In this document: positions 26,926 through 40,398 of the stretch, one piece after another | How positions within the stretch are numbered: the stretch's first letter is position 1 | How the letters are laid out: the number at the start of each line of letters is the position of its first letter | DNA from: Chiloscyllium plagiosum | Taxonomy: Eukaryota | Length of the DNA: 57,152 nucleotides | Reading direction: 5' to 3' | Assembly (NCBI RefSeq): GCF_004010195.1 | Contig: NC_057720.1 | Span: 36,641,538 to 36,698,689, forward strand | Notes under the pieces: generated by a model | What the model was told of the DNA's origin: nothing | What the model saw: only the letters and a program-made list of their open reading frames with translations | Databases searched by the model: none | Made by a program: the position numbers and the translations under genes

Positions 26926-27958
26926 ATTACTTTAATCACTGGTGAGCTCAAGAAAGTGCAAGAGTGATGCAATAGTCATATGGTGCACACATAATCATGT
27001 GAGCAGCAGAGAATTGCCTGAGAAAGCACATGCTCACAATGAGAAATTCTCTTTGAAACACCATGAAATTGACACTTAGTTGCTTTTTGGTAAAATTCAG
27101 CCTGATATCTGAACCTATTCCATGAATATTACATCTACAAATACTGAAAGCTAGGCCAATATTCAAAAAAGTATTTGAAAAATGTTAGTTGTCTGTGCAA
27201 TAGTCTAATAACATGAAAAATATTATAATTTAGAGTCATAGAAGAGACAGTTAATATATTTCATACACTTTTTAAAAGTGTCTAGCGCATTCTGTAAGAA
27301 TGCAACAGTACAGATAGATCTGCATATTTTAACTACCTCAAAATTCAAAAATATTTCAATCAAAGAAAATAATTAAAATTGTGCTTAGTATGCTAGTGTT
27401 TACATTTGGGATTACATCAGTTGACAAAGAAAATTATACCAACTCTTTAATCAGTGCAAGACACTTATACCTTTAAGTACAGTAAAATAGCAGTTAATAA
27501 TCTTTCCTAAAATAGCTAACCAATTACTGATTGTCAGTTTGACTCAATGCCAAAAATTACGCAATAGTTCCAACAGTTAATAGAAAACATTTGAAAATTT
27601 TCTTCTAGTTTTATTTTAGTACTTTTCAGCAATAAAATAGCTACCAAAAGTTATAAGAATTTTCTTTTAGAAAATAAAAGCAAGAATTAACTTTCAGTGC
27701 CAGCAAAGCTGGGTGTCTTTCAATAAGACTTGGCATGGCATTTAAATTTGTACACTGGAATAGCCAAGCCTCCACGTTTTCTTGGGAGCTTATGGTTATG
27801 TTTTATTCGATCTTCTTCCCGACCTCTCCGCCCCCACCCCAGTCTGGCCTATCACCCTTACCTTGACCTCTTTCCACCTATCACATTTCTGACGCCCCTC
27901 CCCCAAGTCCCTCCTCCCTACCTTTTATCTTAGCCTGCTGGACAAACTTTCCTCATTC

Positions 27959-27990
27959 CTGAAGAAGGGCTTATGCCCGAAACGTCGATT
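27959..27990 (+). ncRNA. Minimal hammerhead ribozyme core of a Penelope-like element
   Basis: CTGAAGA-A-GGGC-TTAT-GCCC-GAAAC: CUGANGA box, stem II and GAAA box. Confidence 0.7.
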
Positions 27991-30900
27991 CTCCTGTTCC
28001 CTGGATGCTGCCTGACCTGCTGCGCTTTTCCAGCAACACATTTCCAGCTCTGATCTCCAGCATGTGCAGACCTCACTTTCTCCTCTTAATCTCATTAGTA
28101 TGGTTGGAAGCACTTCAGTCCATGTTCTGCCTGAGGCTTGCATAGCCTTAGCTAAAGCATTTTTGAGTGTTCTATTCATTCTCTCTACCACCCCTGAGCT
28201 CTGGGGGTGATAGGGGATGTGGAATTTTTTGTCTAATGCCGAGCAATTGGCATACAGTCTTCATGATCTTTCCTGTAAAATGTGTCTCTTGGTTGGAATC
28301 GATCTAGTGGGGTACCCCCACCTCGGGATTACTTCCTCTGCTAATATTCTGGCCACAGTGGTTGCAGTGCAGCTTTTGGTTGGGAATGCTTCTACCCAGC
28401 GGGTGAATTGGTCTATGATGACCAGGCTGTACGTTTTCCCACGGGAAGGTGGTAGTGGCCCTGTAAAATCTATCTGTAAGTGTTCCCAGGGTCCCCTAGG
28501 TTTGGGCTGGTGTCCCATCCTAACTTTTATGGGTTTCCCTGGGTTATGTTGTGCACAAATCATGCACCTGCGGCAGTACTTGGTCATATCTTTTCCCATT
28601 CCCTTCCACCATCACTCTCTCCCTAGGCTTACTATCATGGCCTTTCTACCTGTATGGGAGAGCCTGTGGTGTAGTTCAAGCAATGTGTTCTGTATGCATG
28701 CTGGTGCTACCACCTTGTCTGCTCGCCTCCAGACACCATCTTTACCTTTGAATACCCCCTGCAGTTTTCATTCTTCTTTCTCTTCCTGTGGGGTGTCCTC
28801 CTGCAGCTGCTGAATTTGGATAGCATCTTTCACTAATTCAATAGTGATTATTGCAGTCTCGTTAATGGATTCTGGTTCCAGGGCTTTCTGAGCTGCTCAG
28901 TCTGCTGTTTGGTTTCCTTTGAATTGTAGCCAATTTAGGCTCTCTTTTGCTGGCTGTTTTTGATGGGCCTTTAGTATTATTACTGCAGCCTCTTTTGGCT
29001 GTTCACTGGCAGGCAATAGTGCCTGAATTCTTAATTGGTGTCAGATAGGGGTTCTCCCCGTGGTGGTGAACCCTCTTCTGCCACATGTCACCATATAGTC
29101 ATGGACTATGCCAAAGGCATATTGACTGTCAGTGTATATATATGTTCACTGTTTTTTCTTTTGCTAGTTCCAGTGCCTTGGTGAGTGCTATCAGTTCTGC
29201 TACCTGTGCGAACTGACTTCCATCAATCCTCTCCGACACAACTGTTTCTAACTTATCATTTACTACAGCCCATCCTGTTCAGGGTGACCCTGCTACGTAT
29301 TTTTGGTTGTGTCTCAGGGGGTATCTTTTACTTGCCCCCATCCTCATCCCCATCTATATCCCCACAGCTGTGTGGTTTTCCTGTGTCTCGAGTTACCCCT
29401 GCTGGATTTTCTCCTGAATCCCTGACTATTATCACGGACTGACTTGGGGGTAAAAGAACTGCCTCCCACTTTGCCCTTCTCATATTGGAAATGGACCTCA
29501 GTTTCCCTGTGTTTAGCATCTCTACTGGGGTGTGTTTGGTGTGGAGGATGACATGCCCTGTCATTACTATGGCTCGCTAACCCTAACATCCCAAGCATAC
29601 AGTCTAAGGCTGCTATGCACCTGGGCAACCAGGTGACTACTGGCCCTTCTCCTGCTACCGTGGTCTTGGGTGACCACTGTGGAGTAAAATCCTCCCTCAT
29701 TATTACAGTGGATGTGAAAATCCTTGCTGGGATCTGGCAGCCCTAGCCCGGGGGCCGATATGAGTTGAGTTTTAAGCTGACTGTATGCCTCCTCCTGTTC
29801 TGGCCCTCAGGTTACAGGTTCCAAGGTGGGCTTGTCTCCTTTAATTAATCTCTGGATCAGTTAAGCCAATTTTGCAAACTGTGGTATAAAGCTCCGACTG
29901 TAGTTAGAAGTCCCATGACCTTTCTGACTCCGCTGACAGTGCAGATAGTAGCATCTGTTGGATTGCCTTCTTGCAGTCGTTGGGCATTGCTTTGAGTCCC
30001 TGGGATATGAGGTGTCCCAGGTATAAAACTTGTGTTTTGCCAATCTGTGCTTTTTTGGGGCTGACATTTAACCCTGCGGTTACTAATTCTTGCAGTACTC
30101 GCCCTAAAGCTCCTGATGTTCTGACTCGGACTCTGAAGCAATTAGGGTATCATCTATATATTGGAGGGCTGTGCTACCCTCTGGTAACTCTACTCTCTTT
30201 AGGATGTTGCTCATCACCCTGTGAAATATAGTGGGGCTGTTGTGGAACCCTTGTGACAAGCAAGTCCATGTGTACTATCTGCTCCTTACTGTAAAAGCGA
30301 ATTTGTTCTGGGACTCAGGGTGTAATGGAATAGACCAGAAGCCGTTGGTTATGTCTAAAACAGTAAAAATCTTGTACTTGGGAGCTAAGCTGTTTAAAAT
30401 GGTGGAGGGGTCTGCTACAATGGGATGCAATTTTGGGGGTGACCTTACTTAATCCTGTATAATCAATGGTGAACCTATAGCTCCCTTCAGGCTTTATTAC
30501 TGGCCAGTTTGTGCAATTAGTTGTACGTGCAGTTTCTTTCAGGATTCCCTGTTTCACTAGTCCTTGCACTATCTTCACAGCTGCTTGTTCTGCTTCAGAT
30601 TTTGTTGGGTATTGTCGGTGTGACTTATGCTCTGGTTCGGGAACCCTTATGGTGTCTATGTTAACTAGATCTGTATCTAACTTTGTTTCTGCCCAGGCTC
30701 CGGGGACGGAGGCGCAGATGGCTCCAAATCCCCCCTTTTTGAGGTTCCAGTCCCTACTGGTGACTACAGCCACTTTAATAGTTTCAAGGTGACTTGTAAG
30801 TTTCTCAATCTCAGTCTTCCGATCGTCCTGTCTGGGCCAAATCAATTTCCGTTTTGCACAATCGATTAGAACAGTACATTCTTTCACCAGATGATTGCCC

Positions 30901-31173
30901 ATTATGGTGCCCTCATTAGTTTGGCATACATACAATCTCATGGAGACATATATGTTATTTATTTCTACAAGGGTAGTTTTGCTTAGGTAAACTGGTGTTT
31001 TATCCCCTCCACCCCAGTTAAGTGAATCATTTCGTTTGCGTGGGGTAAGGTTAGGTTTGTGATGGATACAGTGGCTCCTGTGTCCACTAGCATCTCACAT
31101 TTCCTCCATCCTATTACTGTGGGTGCATAAATTCTCCCCTCTCCCTTCCCCTCACAAATGGGGCAGCTGGTTG

Positions 31174-32435
31174 TCAGCTCTGCTGACCTCGGGACTCCCG
31201 CAGTTCCGCGGTGTTCCGGGTGGTGTTTGGGGGTGCCCCATGCTTTTCCCAGCACACCACTTCTGTGTGTCCTGTTCGTTTGCAGTGGCTGCAGTATTTT
31301 ACATTGTTCCCTGCTCTATTCCCTGCCCGTGGGACCCTACACTCTCTAGCAAACTGTCCCTGCCGGCCACAGTTGTGGCAGGATTGGTTTATTCTATTCT
31401 CGCCTCCATTCCATTAGGCTGCTTTGTCAGGTCTTGCCTTTGTTGCGGGAGTGTCTGCATTCTGCACCCCGCTAGCCCACTCGATTAGGTCATCAAAATT
31501 CTGGGACATTATTATTCCCATTTTTAGGATGGCTTGGTGGGCGCTGGAGAGCCTATGTTTAAAAGCTTGGATGAATGCCCAGTCCCCCCCGATCTGGGTT
31601 TGCTTGACCTGAGCATTCTTGAAAGATCTTAAATATTCGTTCCCCATATTCAGAGGCTCCTTCCCCTTTAGGTTGTTTAATGTTCGTGATCCTGCTCCAG
31701 TTCTTGGGAGCATTTCCTAGCACCGTCTGGATTTCTTCTTTAAAGTCAGCGAAGGGTACCTCCTGGGCATCTATCTCAGCTGTGAGGGCAACAGCGTGTG
31801 CCCACCGCCCTCCCCTAAAGTCTCGGTCTGCTGTGGTGTCAGGTCTGCCAGCTACCTGCCTCCACTTGTCTGCTGGGCAGGCTGCCTGGACTCAGGTTTA
31901 GTTGGTGCCCTACCCATACACTATCCAGCTCTTCCCAGGTCTGGGTGTAATTTGCCCAGGGAGGCTATAATCTGCTGCCTCTTCCTTGGGGTGAAGGGTT
32001 TATAATTCACTTTAGTTTGTGACTCTGTGCATCCTCTGGTAACGGGCGCTAAGTTATACTCCTGCACGGTTTGTCCAACAGAGGGAGCTCTTGCCGGACA
32101 GTTTTGTAGGAGGGGAGACAGTCAATTTCTCTCTCCTGTAGCATTTTTTCTAAGGTGAATTCTAATTTTTTTATTCTGCCCTTCAGTTCTCTAACTTGCT
32201 CCTGGTCCTTTGTCCACCTACTCGTGGAGGGACTCACTAATTAGTGTACTAACATTACCCCTATCTTTTTAGCTTTATTCCATTTATGCTTATCCACCCG
32301 CTGTCTCTGTTGTGCTAATGTCTGGGATGGGTCCCAGCCATTCTTCCTCATTTGCTCCGTCAGCCCTTGTCTGTCTGTCTTCTACTTCTCAATAAAGGAA
32401 CCTGCTATATCCCCCTTAGAACTTTGATCTGTCAT
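31174..32435 (-). pseudogene. gag: ERV-A gag with two zinc knuckles
   Basis: ATG at 32435; coiled-coil segment; NYKPFTP; CHNCGRQGQFAREC and CSHCKRTGHTEVVC at 31252-31380; TGA at 31174-31176. Confidence 0.85.
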
Positions 32436-32523
32436 TGAGCAGATTGTGTACCCCCAGATACTGGATCAGTGGTGCTGGAAGAGCACAGCAATTCAGGCAG
32501 CATCAGATACTACCAATAGTAAA

Positions 32524-32738
32524 GTGTTCCTAATCCAGTGGGGATTTCTCTACCCCCTGGCCAATAATACTGTCCCAGCACCGTCCATAGCAGCCTCCGA
32601 GCAAGGTGTGCTCTCTACCGATGGGACTTCTCTACCCTCCCGGCCACCTCTACTGATCCAAAGCCCCCGATAGGCCCAGAAACCTACCTCTAGCCCAGTG
32701 TGCTCTCTACCAGTTGGACCCATTACCCTCCTGGCCAC
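32524..32738 (-). repeat. Three degenerate ~40-bp repeats in the ERV-A leader
   Basis: gtgtgctctctacc...accctcc(c/t)ggcca at about 32524, 32607 and 32698. Confidence 0.65.
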
Positions 32739-32818
32739 CACCACTATTCAAGCTCGGTTGTTCTACTAAGGACTGACAGCATATCATGGTTACTCACAGT
32801 GCCCACTCTCCCCACCTT

Positions 32819-33460
32819 GGAATAAAAAGTGACCATGAAACTATCAACAAATATTAGAGTCATAGAGCTGTACAGCACGGAAACAGACCCCTTGATACAA
32901 ATAGTCCATGCTAACCAGATATCCTAAATTAATCTAGTTGTATTTATCAGCATTTGGCCTAATCCCTGTAAATCCTTCAGATTCATATATCCACTTCATT
33001 CACTCATGACCTTTAAGGGAGGAAATCCACCACCCTTACACAGTTTGGCGTACATGTGACTCCTGACTGAAATAACTCTACAGAGGCCAGTATCCTGTCA
33101 CCAAACCAACCTTTATTTACTTGTAGAAAGTCCTTGACTCTGGCACACAACCTCAGAGTCAGCACTCAAAATGTCAGAATCTCTTATGTATTACCCAGGG
33201 CTTTCTCAATGGACCAGATTAACAGCCCCCAGTCAGAGAACTCATACTCTATAAGGTCCACCTGGTTGACCTCATTACACTGACTGCCAGCAAGGGTCTC
33301 TGAAATAGCTTAGAATGCCAATCAGTTCAAGGGCAATTAGGGCTATGTAACAATTGCTGGCCTTACCAACACTATTTTTTCTGGTTTCTGAGGACAATGC
33401 AAGGCAGTGACCTTCAGAGTTGCTTGCCAGTGATGCCCACATCCCATGAAAGAATAAAAA
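32819..33460 (+). mobile_element. SINE 3' portion containing a CR1 tail (~32855-32990) and a solo LTR
   Basis: gtgaccatgaaacta...ttcactcatgacctttaagggaggaaatc...tacatgtgactcc...gatgcccacatcccatgaa. Confidence 0.6.
33068..33279 (-). mobile_element. Solo LTR, 212 bp
   Basis: TG...CA termini with a perfect 5-bp TSD ctgac (33063-33067, 33280-33284); second copy at 26709-26925. Confidence 0.85.
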
Positions 33461-33469
33461 TTGAAATTT

Positions 33470-34500
33470 TAACATCCATACTCTCCAGAAAATAAAAACA
33501 CAAGAGAACACTTCCATGTGGAACTTGCTTTGTGCCTTGCTCTCACAGGCTCCAAATGGTGCCAGTTCAGAAGAACCTTGGAACAAGATCAAACTGGTGA
33601 TCTGAGAAGCATGTACTGAGAAGCATTAAATCTTTAGTTTTAAATCTCACAGAAACCGAGATTTGATGAGTTGGTTTAAGAAGTATGCAAGATTGTTGAT
33701 TAGAAAAGCCAAGCCTTTATTACAAACCAAAATCATTCTGCATCACAGCAAAAATTAGAAAAATATTAACTACGCAACTAAAAAGCTTAGAGAATGTTAC
33801 CTGCCATCAAGAATAAATGGAAGGTACAGAAAGTCTATGAATTCCAATGCTTTACACACCTGCATGACATACACAGTTTCTTCAAAACTATGAAGACCAA
33901 GAATAGACATAAAACAAACGTTTACTCCTCATTCTGAGCTGAAGACAACAATACTCTTCTCAAAGACCTGTGAAAGGAACCCTACCAGAATGTTTTAAAT
34001 TGGCAGTCCACATTATCAGGAAAAACTACCAAAATAATCCCTTAACAATTTGAAAAATTAGATGCATGTACGCTTCCAGCACTTGCTGAGGTACAGAAGG
34101 CTATCCATCAGATAAAGAATAACAAAGTAAGTGGTCTGGATAACATTCCTACAGATATCAATAAAACTGATAGTCATGAATTCTCATGCAAAATCTCAAA
34201 TATTTTTACAAAAATATGGGAAGAAGAGGTACAATCTTCCAACCTGAGCAATACCATATCATTTCACTTTTCAAGATGGATATTTTTTGGAACTATAGAA
34301 GCAAATCTCTATCTACTATGAGAGAAAAATCACAAATTCTTCAGAATTTTCCCTATCTGTCAAATATATATGTTTTGTAATCATCCAATTTAGCTTCCAG
34401 CCATTTCAGGAAACTATTATCGCTTGACAAATTTAAAAAAGGCACCTGGAACAATAGAAATAGGACCATGTCCATCTACATGATCTTTAATGATCTATTA
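33470..34500 (+). mobile_element. Decayed RTE-like LINE, continuation toward RT
   Basis: PALAEVQKAIHQIKNNKVSGLDNIPTD at ~34070-34155, followed by an NYR-like segment. Confidence 0.6.
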
Positions 34501-37500
34501 CAGGCCTTTGGCTGTATCTACTTCATGCTGTATCTTCAATCAATTCATTAACAATTCTACCTAAAATATTCTGCTTGCATTCAAGTTTTGAATTAACTGG
34601 GTTAAATGTTATGGAATTTGCCAGTACAAGAGCTGGATCTGCAAGAAATCTAATGCTTTATCCTTGAATATTGCACAAAAGAGGCATAATTTCTCAATAA
34701 GGCTTGGAATTGCCTATTATTAATGCATATAGTTGCAGGTGAGTCCCTCTTGTTTAATAGATTTTTGAAGATGGCAAAAACATTTGAACTCTTATGTTCC
34801 ACACTTCTGTGACTAGATTTGTGCTGCTTCACCACTTTAGGAAACCTACAAAGGCCAACAATTGTTCTTTCCTGTAAATAGCATCTCCATTAACTCATTC
34901 CTTAATAAAGTATTTCTGAGGAGTGGTGTTTCCCTAATGGATGATTATTGATCATAGATTTTAGCACATGACAGTTGCTGGCCATTTGTTGCAGAGACTG
35001 CCAATCCTCGGAATGTTATTCCCAGATTCCTAAATTGACATACATTTTCTGTGCTTCCAATATTAACCCTGTCATGAATGTCAAATTAACACATATGATA
35101 CAGTTTGGTATTTCACATTAAATGTTATCAAAATGATCAAGTTTTAATGTTTTTGCAAAAGGAAGAGACAAGTTGGTGAAACAGATATGAGCAGTAAGTT
35201 CTTACCCCATTCTGTTTTAATTAAAATTTCATAATGTAACCTATTAGGGGAAATATTGCAGATTTAAACAATCTGTTAATTCCTTCTCCTATTCATATCT
35301 CAGAACATTTTAAGTTACTGGGGTAAGGCACCCCATCCAAATAACACAGGTAATTTCTATGGGAAAATATCCAGCTTCAGGTATTTTACAGATGTTCAGT
35401 AAAATCTGATGAAATCTGATGTAGCAAGCTGTTTCTTTTTTCTCTGGGGTCAGACCTGGAAAAACCTTCAGATCCCAAACACATACTGCATTCAAAGTAG
35501 AAACCCTGACATAATTCTTCAGTGCTTTGCCAAGCTTTCTGAATATGATTTTGGTCAGAAATATGCTGGTGAGAGGAAATTCTGGTCTCCCCAACCAACT
35601 TCAAAAATCTGACCTAGCTAGTCTCTGCACCATTTTCATTATATTTATATATAATGACTTCTGCAATGACAATTTAAATTCCTACTGAAATACTGAACAC
35701 GTATAGAAAGATGTATTTATTGTTAAGCTTTTCTCTTACATTTTCTCCTGGTTAAGCACTGCTTCAGATTTAAACTCCATGGTTTATCTCCCTCATTTCT
35801 CTATAATATTTTCCAACCCTACAATCTTCCGAGATGTTCCTTTAATTCAGACCTCTTGAGCATTCCCTATTTGAATTAGTCCCACAACTGGGGTCATGAT
35901 TTAACCTTTTGTAAGCTACAGAACTCTCTTCCTAAATTTCTGTTTCTTTCTTTAAGCTATTTAAACTGAACTGATGGGCAGAATTGTTCCTTCTCTGGTG
36001 CGGCATGGATAATGGTGGGAAAAATGGGTAAAGGATGGCAAAATTGGATCCTTCACATTGAGAACTCTTTTTTTTCCCCTGAAGTTTCCCTTCAATCCTT
36101 AAATGTGACTTCAGATTCTTACCATTGAGTTGGACCTATCTTATTCCCATCCATTTATATCTCAATGAGTCAACAACTCACCACATATATATTGCATTTC
36201 CAATTTTCCTTTCCTTAGCAAGAAACCAGTCAGGAACAATTCCTGATATAAATCAGAATGGATACCTGGAAGCTGCAACTCTCTAAAGGCTTCTCCTGAC
36301 CATCATGTAAGTATTTCTTCACAACAATGTCCTTGCTCCATGATCACAATCCTTCTTGACCCTTAATCCATGGCAAACCATCAGCCTCACAACCACATTA
36401 ACATGGCTGTTCTTGGGCCAACTCAGAGACTTTGTCAGCTCTTCAACACTTTATTTTGGAGCTAGACACATATGAATTGCATGGTTATATTAGGTTGGTG
36501 TATGCATACAGAAACATGCATCACATTTATCTGCACAGATTGCATCTTACGACTCTTAGTTTATTTTCTAAGCACGTATTCACACAATGTTTACTTGGAG
36601 GCTGCCAGCGTCTGTGTCATTCGCATTGCTTTTATTTAGGTGGCACCCGCTGACTTCAGAACTGATTTATGGGCTGCAGCTTCTGTGTGACTTGCATTGC
36701 TTTCTCAGTGCTTAATGTCATTAATGCTCAGTAACAGGCTGCTAGCTTTTGTGCCTTGCATTATGTTTTATTGAATAAGGAGTGCCAGACATTTTGTGAT
36801 GCCAAAGAACAGGCAACTGTTGATGAACAGGCAACAAGCAGCCCTTGATGAGAACCATCACAATCATCCAAGGCAGGGGGGGGTCATCCGATTGCACAAC
36901 ATGGAGTTACCCATGGTCAGTCAAGCACTTGGTCCTGCCAGAGTCTAGGGATCCATAGCCTTGCAGTATGGGGACTGGCCTACGATCAGTTCTACAGGTA
37001 AGTTCAACCTGTCTGAAGATTACAGGTAGGTCAGTCAGAAAACTATGGACATATCTGTTTGGGGCCTATCTTTTCAGGTCAATCCAGGGGTGAACAACAA
37101 TCATAACTGGGGTTTGATCATTGTTAGTCAAGGGATTATTAGGGGTCAGCCCATGAAATCCCAGGAGTAATGAGCAACTTAGTCCAGGAATAGAGGTCAT
37201 TGCACTGGGCTGCTCAGTAAATGCTGACAATGATACAGGACAATTGTAGATTGTATATTGGGACCTCAGTAAATAGGAAGGGACAGAGAGCTTCAGAATA
37301 GGAGAGAGGGTTGCTTCAAACAGATCATGGTAACTGCTCTCTACATGGGGATGGTGTAGGGCCAACAAAGGCATGGCAATTTCCAAAGTCATGGGCTCAA
37401 GGGTCAGGTGTGGATAATAATAGCCACATAAAGGGACTAAATGAAAATGGGGAGAGGCTAAAAAGTCATAGGTCACAGGGGCAGCAGCACAAAATGGAAC

Positions 37501-38251
37501 TTTAAGATTGGGGGAAATTTATGTCTCACATATGGAGCATAAACATCACACACATTGAAATTGAAATCTTGCCATATTGTAGCGCAATAACTACAGAAAA
37601 TGGCTGGTACTACATGCAAAGTGCTCAAGAAAAGTTACTGTTTTTCTCTTGGGAGCATAATAAAAATTTTGAACTGAAGACTCTGCTAGGGCAATTGCAA
37701 TGATCATACCTCCACTAACTCAGCAATGCGATCCATCTGGCTTCAATTTGCACTTCTTCAATCCATCATAATGACCACAAGCAATTTTCACCAATACATT
37801 ATGCACACTAATTTCCTCTTTGTCATGTTATTTAAGCAACTGGAATAAGAATAAGGCACGTAAAACAGAACCTGAAGTCCTCATTTCTCAACAGATTCCA
37901 CTGTAAATATTTTTGAATCAACCTGTTCAAACATGAGCAGGTGAGATTTGAACTTAGGTCTTCTGGTCCAAAGGTAGAGACACTACCACTGTGTTACAAT
38001 AGTCTATAGCAAACATTGGAAGACAATGTCCTGCAGCTGCTAGTTTGCACACTAAATTCTAAGTAAGCAAGGGCATGGTCTGTGATATGGAAGGAATTAT
38101 TTTCTTTGGAAGGGGTACTATCACATTGGCAGAATGAAAACTTACTTATCCAATATACAATTGGATGATATCACATACCTCAAAGCTCCTCATGGAGTTA
38201 TGGAAATTACTTCCTTGGAAAGACTCCATGCCAGATTCTGTCTGGGCTTAT

Positions 38252-39190
38252 CATAGAACATAGAACAATACAGCGCAGAACAGGCCCTTTGGCCCTCAAT
38301 GTTGCGCCAAACTGTGAACTATTCTGAGCTCGTCCCCATACACTATCCCAAAATCATCCATGTGCTTATTTAAGGATTGTTTAAATCTCCCTAATGTGGC
38401 TGAGTTGACTACGTTAGCAGGTAGGGCATTCCATGCCCTTACCACTCTCTGAGTAAAGAACTTGCCTCTGACATCTGTCTTAAATCTATCACCCCTCAGT
38501 TTGTAGTTATGCCCTCTCGTACAAGCTGACGTCATCATCCTAGGAAAAAGTCTTTCATTGTCTACCCAATCCAATCCTCTGATTATCTTGTATGTCTCTA
38601 TCAAATCCCCCCTTAGCCTTCTTCTTTCCAATGAGAACAGACCCAAGTCTCTCAGCCTTTCCTCATAAGACCTTCCCTCCAGACCAGGCAATATCCTGGT
38701 AAATCTCCTCTCCACCTTTTCCAGTGCTTCCACATCCTTTCTGTAATGGAGTGACCAGAACTGTACACAATATTCCAAGTGTGGTCGCACTAGCATTTTG
38801 TATAGTTGCAGCATGATATTGCGGTTCCGGAACTCAATCCCTCTACCAATGAAACCTACCACACCGTATCCCTTCTTAACAGCACTACCCAACTTTCAGG
38901 GATCTATGTACATTGCCTCCAAGATCGCTCTGCAGATCCACACTACCAAGAATCTTTCCATTGACCCAGTACTCTGCCTTCCTGTTATTCTTCCCAAAGT
39001 GCATCACCTCACATTTAGCTGCATTGAACTCCATTTGCCACCTCTCAGCCCAATTCTGCAGTTTATCCAGGTCCCCCTGCAACCTGTAACATTCTTCCAA
39101 ACTGTCCGCACCATCGTTTTGTATAGTTGCAGCATGATATTGCGGTTCCGGAACTCAATCCCTCTATCAATGAAACCTAACACACCGTAT
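38252..39190 (-). mobile_element. CR1 3' part with internal rearrangement
   Basis: ORFs 38296-38892 and 38885-39100 are the CR1 RT C-terminus; ~75 bp duplicated at ~38796-38869 and ~39117-39190. Confidence 0.92.
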
Positions 39191-40398
39191 GGTGTGGAAA
39201 GGAGAGGTCACCCTGTTGGGAGTTTTCTATAGGCCTCCGAATAGTTCCAGAGATGTAGTGGAAAGGGTAGCAAAGATGATTCTTGATAGGAGTGAGAAAG
39301 AGACAGGGTCGTTGTCATGGGGTCTTCAACTTTCCAAATATAAACTGGGAACATTATAGGATGAGTACTATAGGTGGGTCAGTTTTTGTCCAGTGTGTGC
39401 AGGAGGGCTTCCTGACACAATATGTAGACAGGCCAACAAGGGGCGAAGCCACATTAGATCTGGTACTGGGTAATGAGCACGGCCAGGTGTTAGACTTGGA
39501 AGTAGGTGAGCACTTTGGTGATAGCGATCACAATTCTGTTATGTTTACTTTAGTGATAGAAAGGGATAGGTGTATACCACTGGGCAAGAGTTATAGCTGG
39601 GGGAAAGGCAATTACAATGCAATTAGGCAAGATTTAGGAAGCATAGGATGGGGAAGGAAACTGCAGGGAATGGGCATATTAAGAATGTGGAGCTTATTTA
39701 AGGAAAAGCTTCTGAGTGTCCTAGATAAGTATATATCTGTAAGGCAGGGAGGAAGCTGTAAAGCGAGGGAGCCGCGGTTTACGAAGGAAGTGGAATCTCT
39801 GGTCAAGAGGAAGAAAAAGGCTTATGTTAGGACGAGATGTGAAGGCTCAGTTAAGGTGCTTGAGGGTTACAAGGTAGCCAGGAAAGACCTAAAGAGAGAG
39901 CTCAGAAGAGCCAGAGGGAGACATGAGAAGTTGTTGGCGGATAGGATCAGGGTAAACCCTAAGGCTTTCTATAGGTATTTAAGGAATAAAGAATGATGAG
40001 AGTAAGATTAGGGCCAATCAAGGATAGTCGTGGGAAATTGTGTGTGGAGAAAGAGGAGATAGGGGAAGCACAAAATGAATATTTTTCGACAGTATTCACT
40101 CTAGAAAACGACAATGTTGTCGAGGAGAATATTGAGATACAGGCTACTAGACTAGGTGGGACTGAGGTTCACAAGAAAGAGGTATTAGAAATCCTGCAGA
40201 GGGTGAAAATAGATAAGTCCCCTGCACCGGATGGGATTTATTCTAGGATCCTCTGGGAAGCCAGGGAAGAGATTGCCGAGCCTTTGACGTTGATCTTTAA
40301 ATCGTCATTGTCTGCAGGAATAGAGCCAGAAGACTGGAGGGTAGCAAATGGTTCCCCTGTTCAAGAAGGGGAGTAGAGACAACCCTGGTAATTATAGA

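Larger units (their letters stand above)
24693..28082 (+). mobile_element. Penelope-bounded composite insertion with ~3 kb internal cargo
   Basis: 15-bp TSD ctcttaatctcatta (24678-24692, 28083-28097); 114-bp inverted arms 24693-24806 and 27934-28047; PLE 3' sequence 27808-28082. Confidence 0.85.
24150..31150 (-). pseudogene. pol: ERV-A pro-pol, split by the 24693-28082 insertion
   Basis: LVDTGA protease; NWPVIKPEGSYRFTIDY; QGFHNSPTIFH; YIDD; RNase H AELIAL..YTDSQYAF; IN CRRCMIC, LQIDFTGP, VERMNRTLK. Confidence 0.93.
22531..32818 (-). mobile_element. ERV-A: decayed endogenous retrovirus (gag-pro-pol-env, partial 3' LTR; 5' LTR and PBS not seen)
   Basis: Ordered gag, PR, RT, RNase H, IN, env, PPT and LTR start on the minus strand. 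Confidence 0.95.

Noticed and set aside
36700..36960. Second Harbinger remnant (FCALHYVLL)
   Set aside because: Only one weak motif; not enough support
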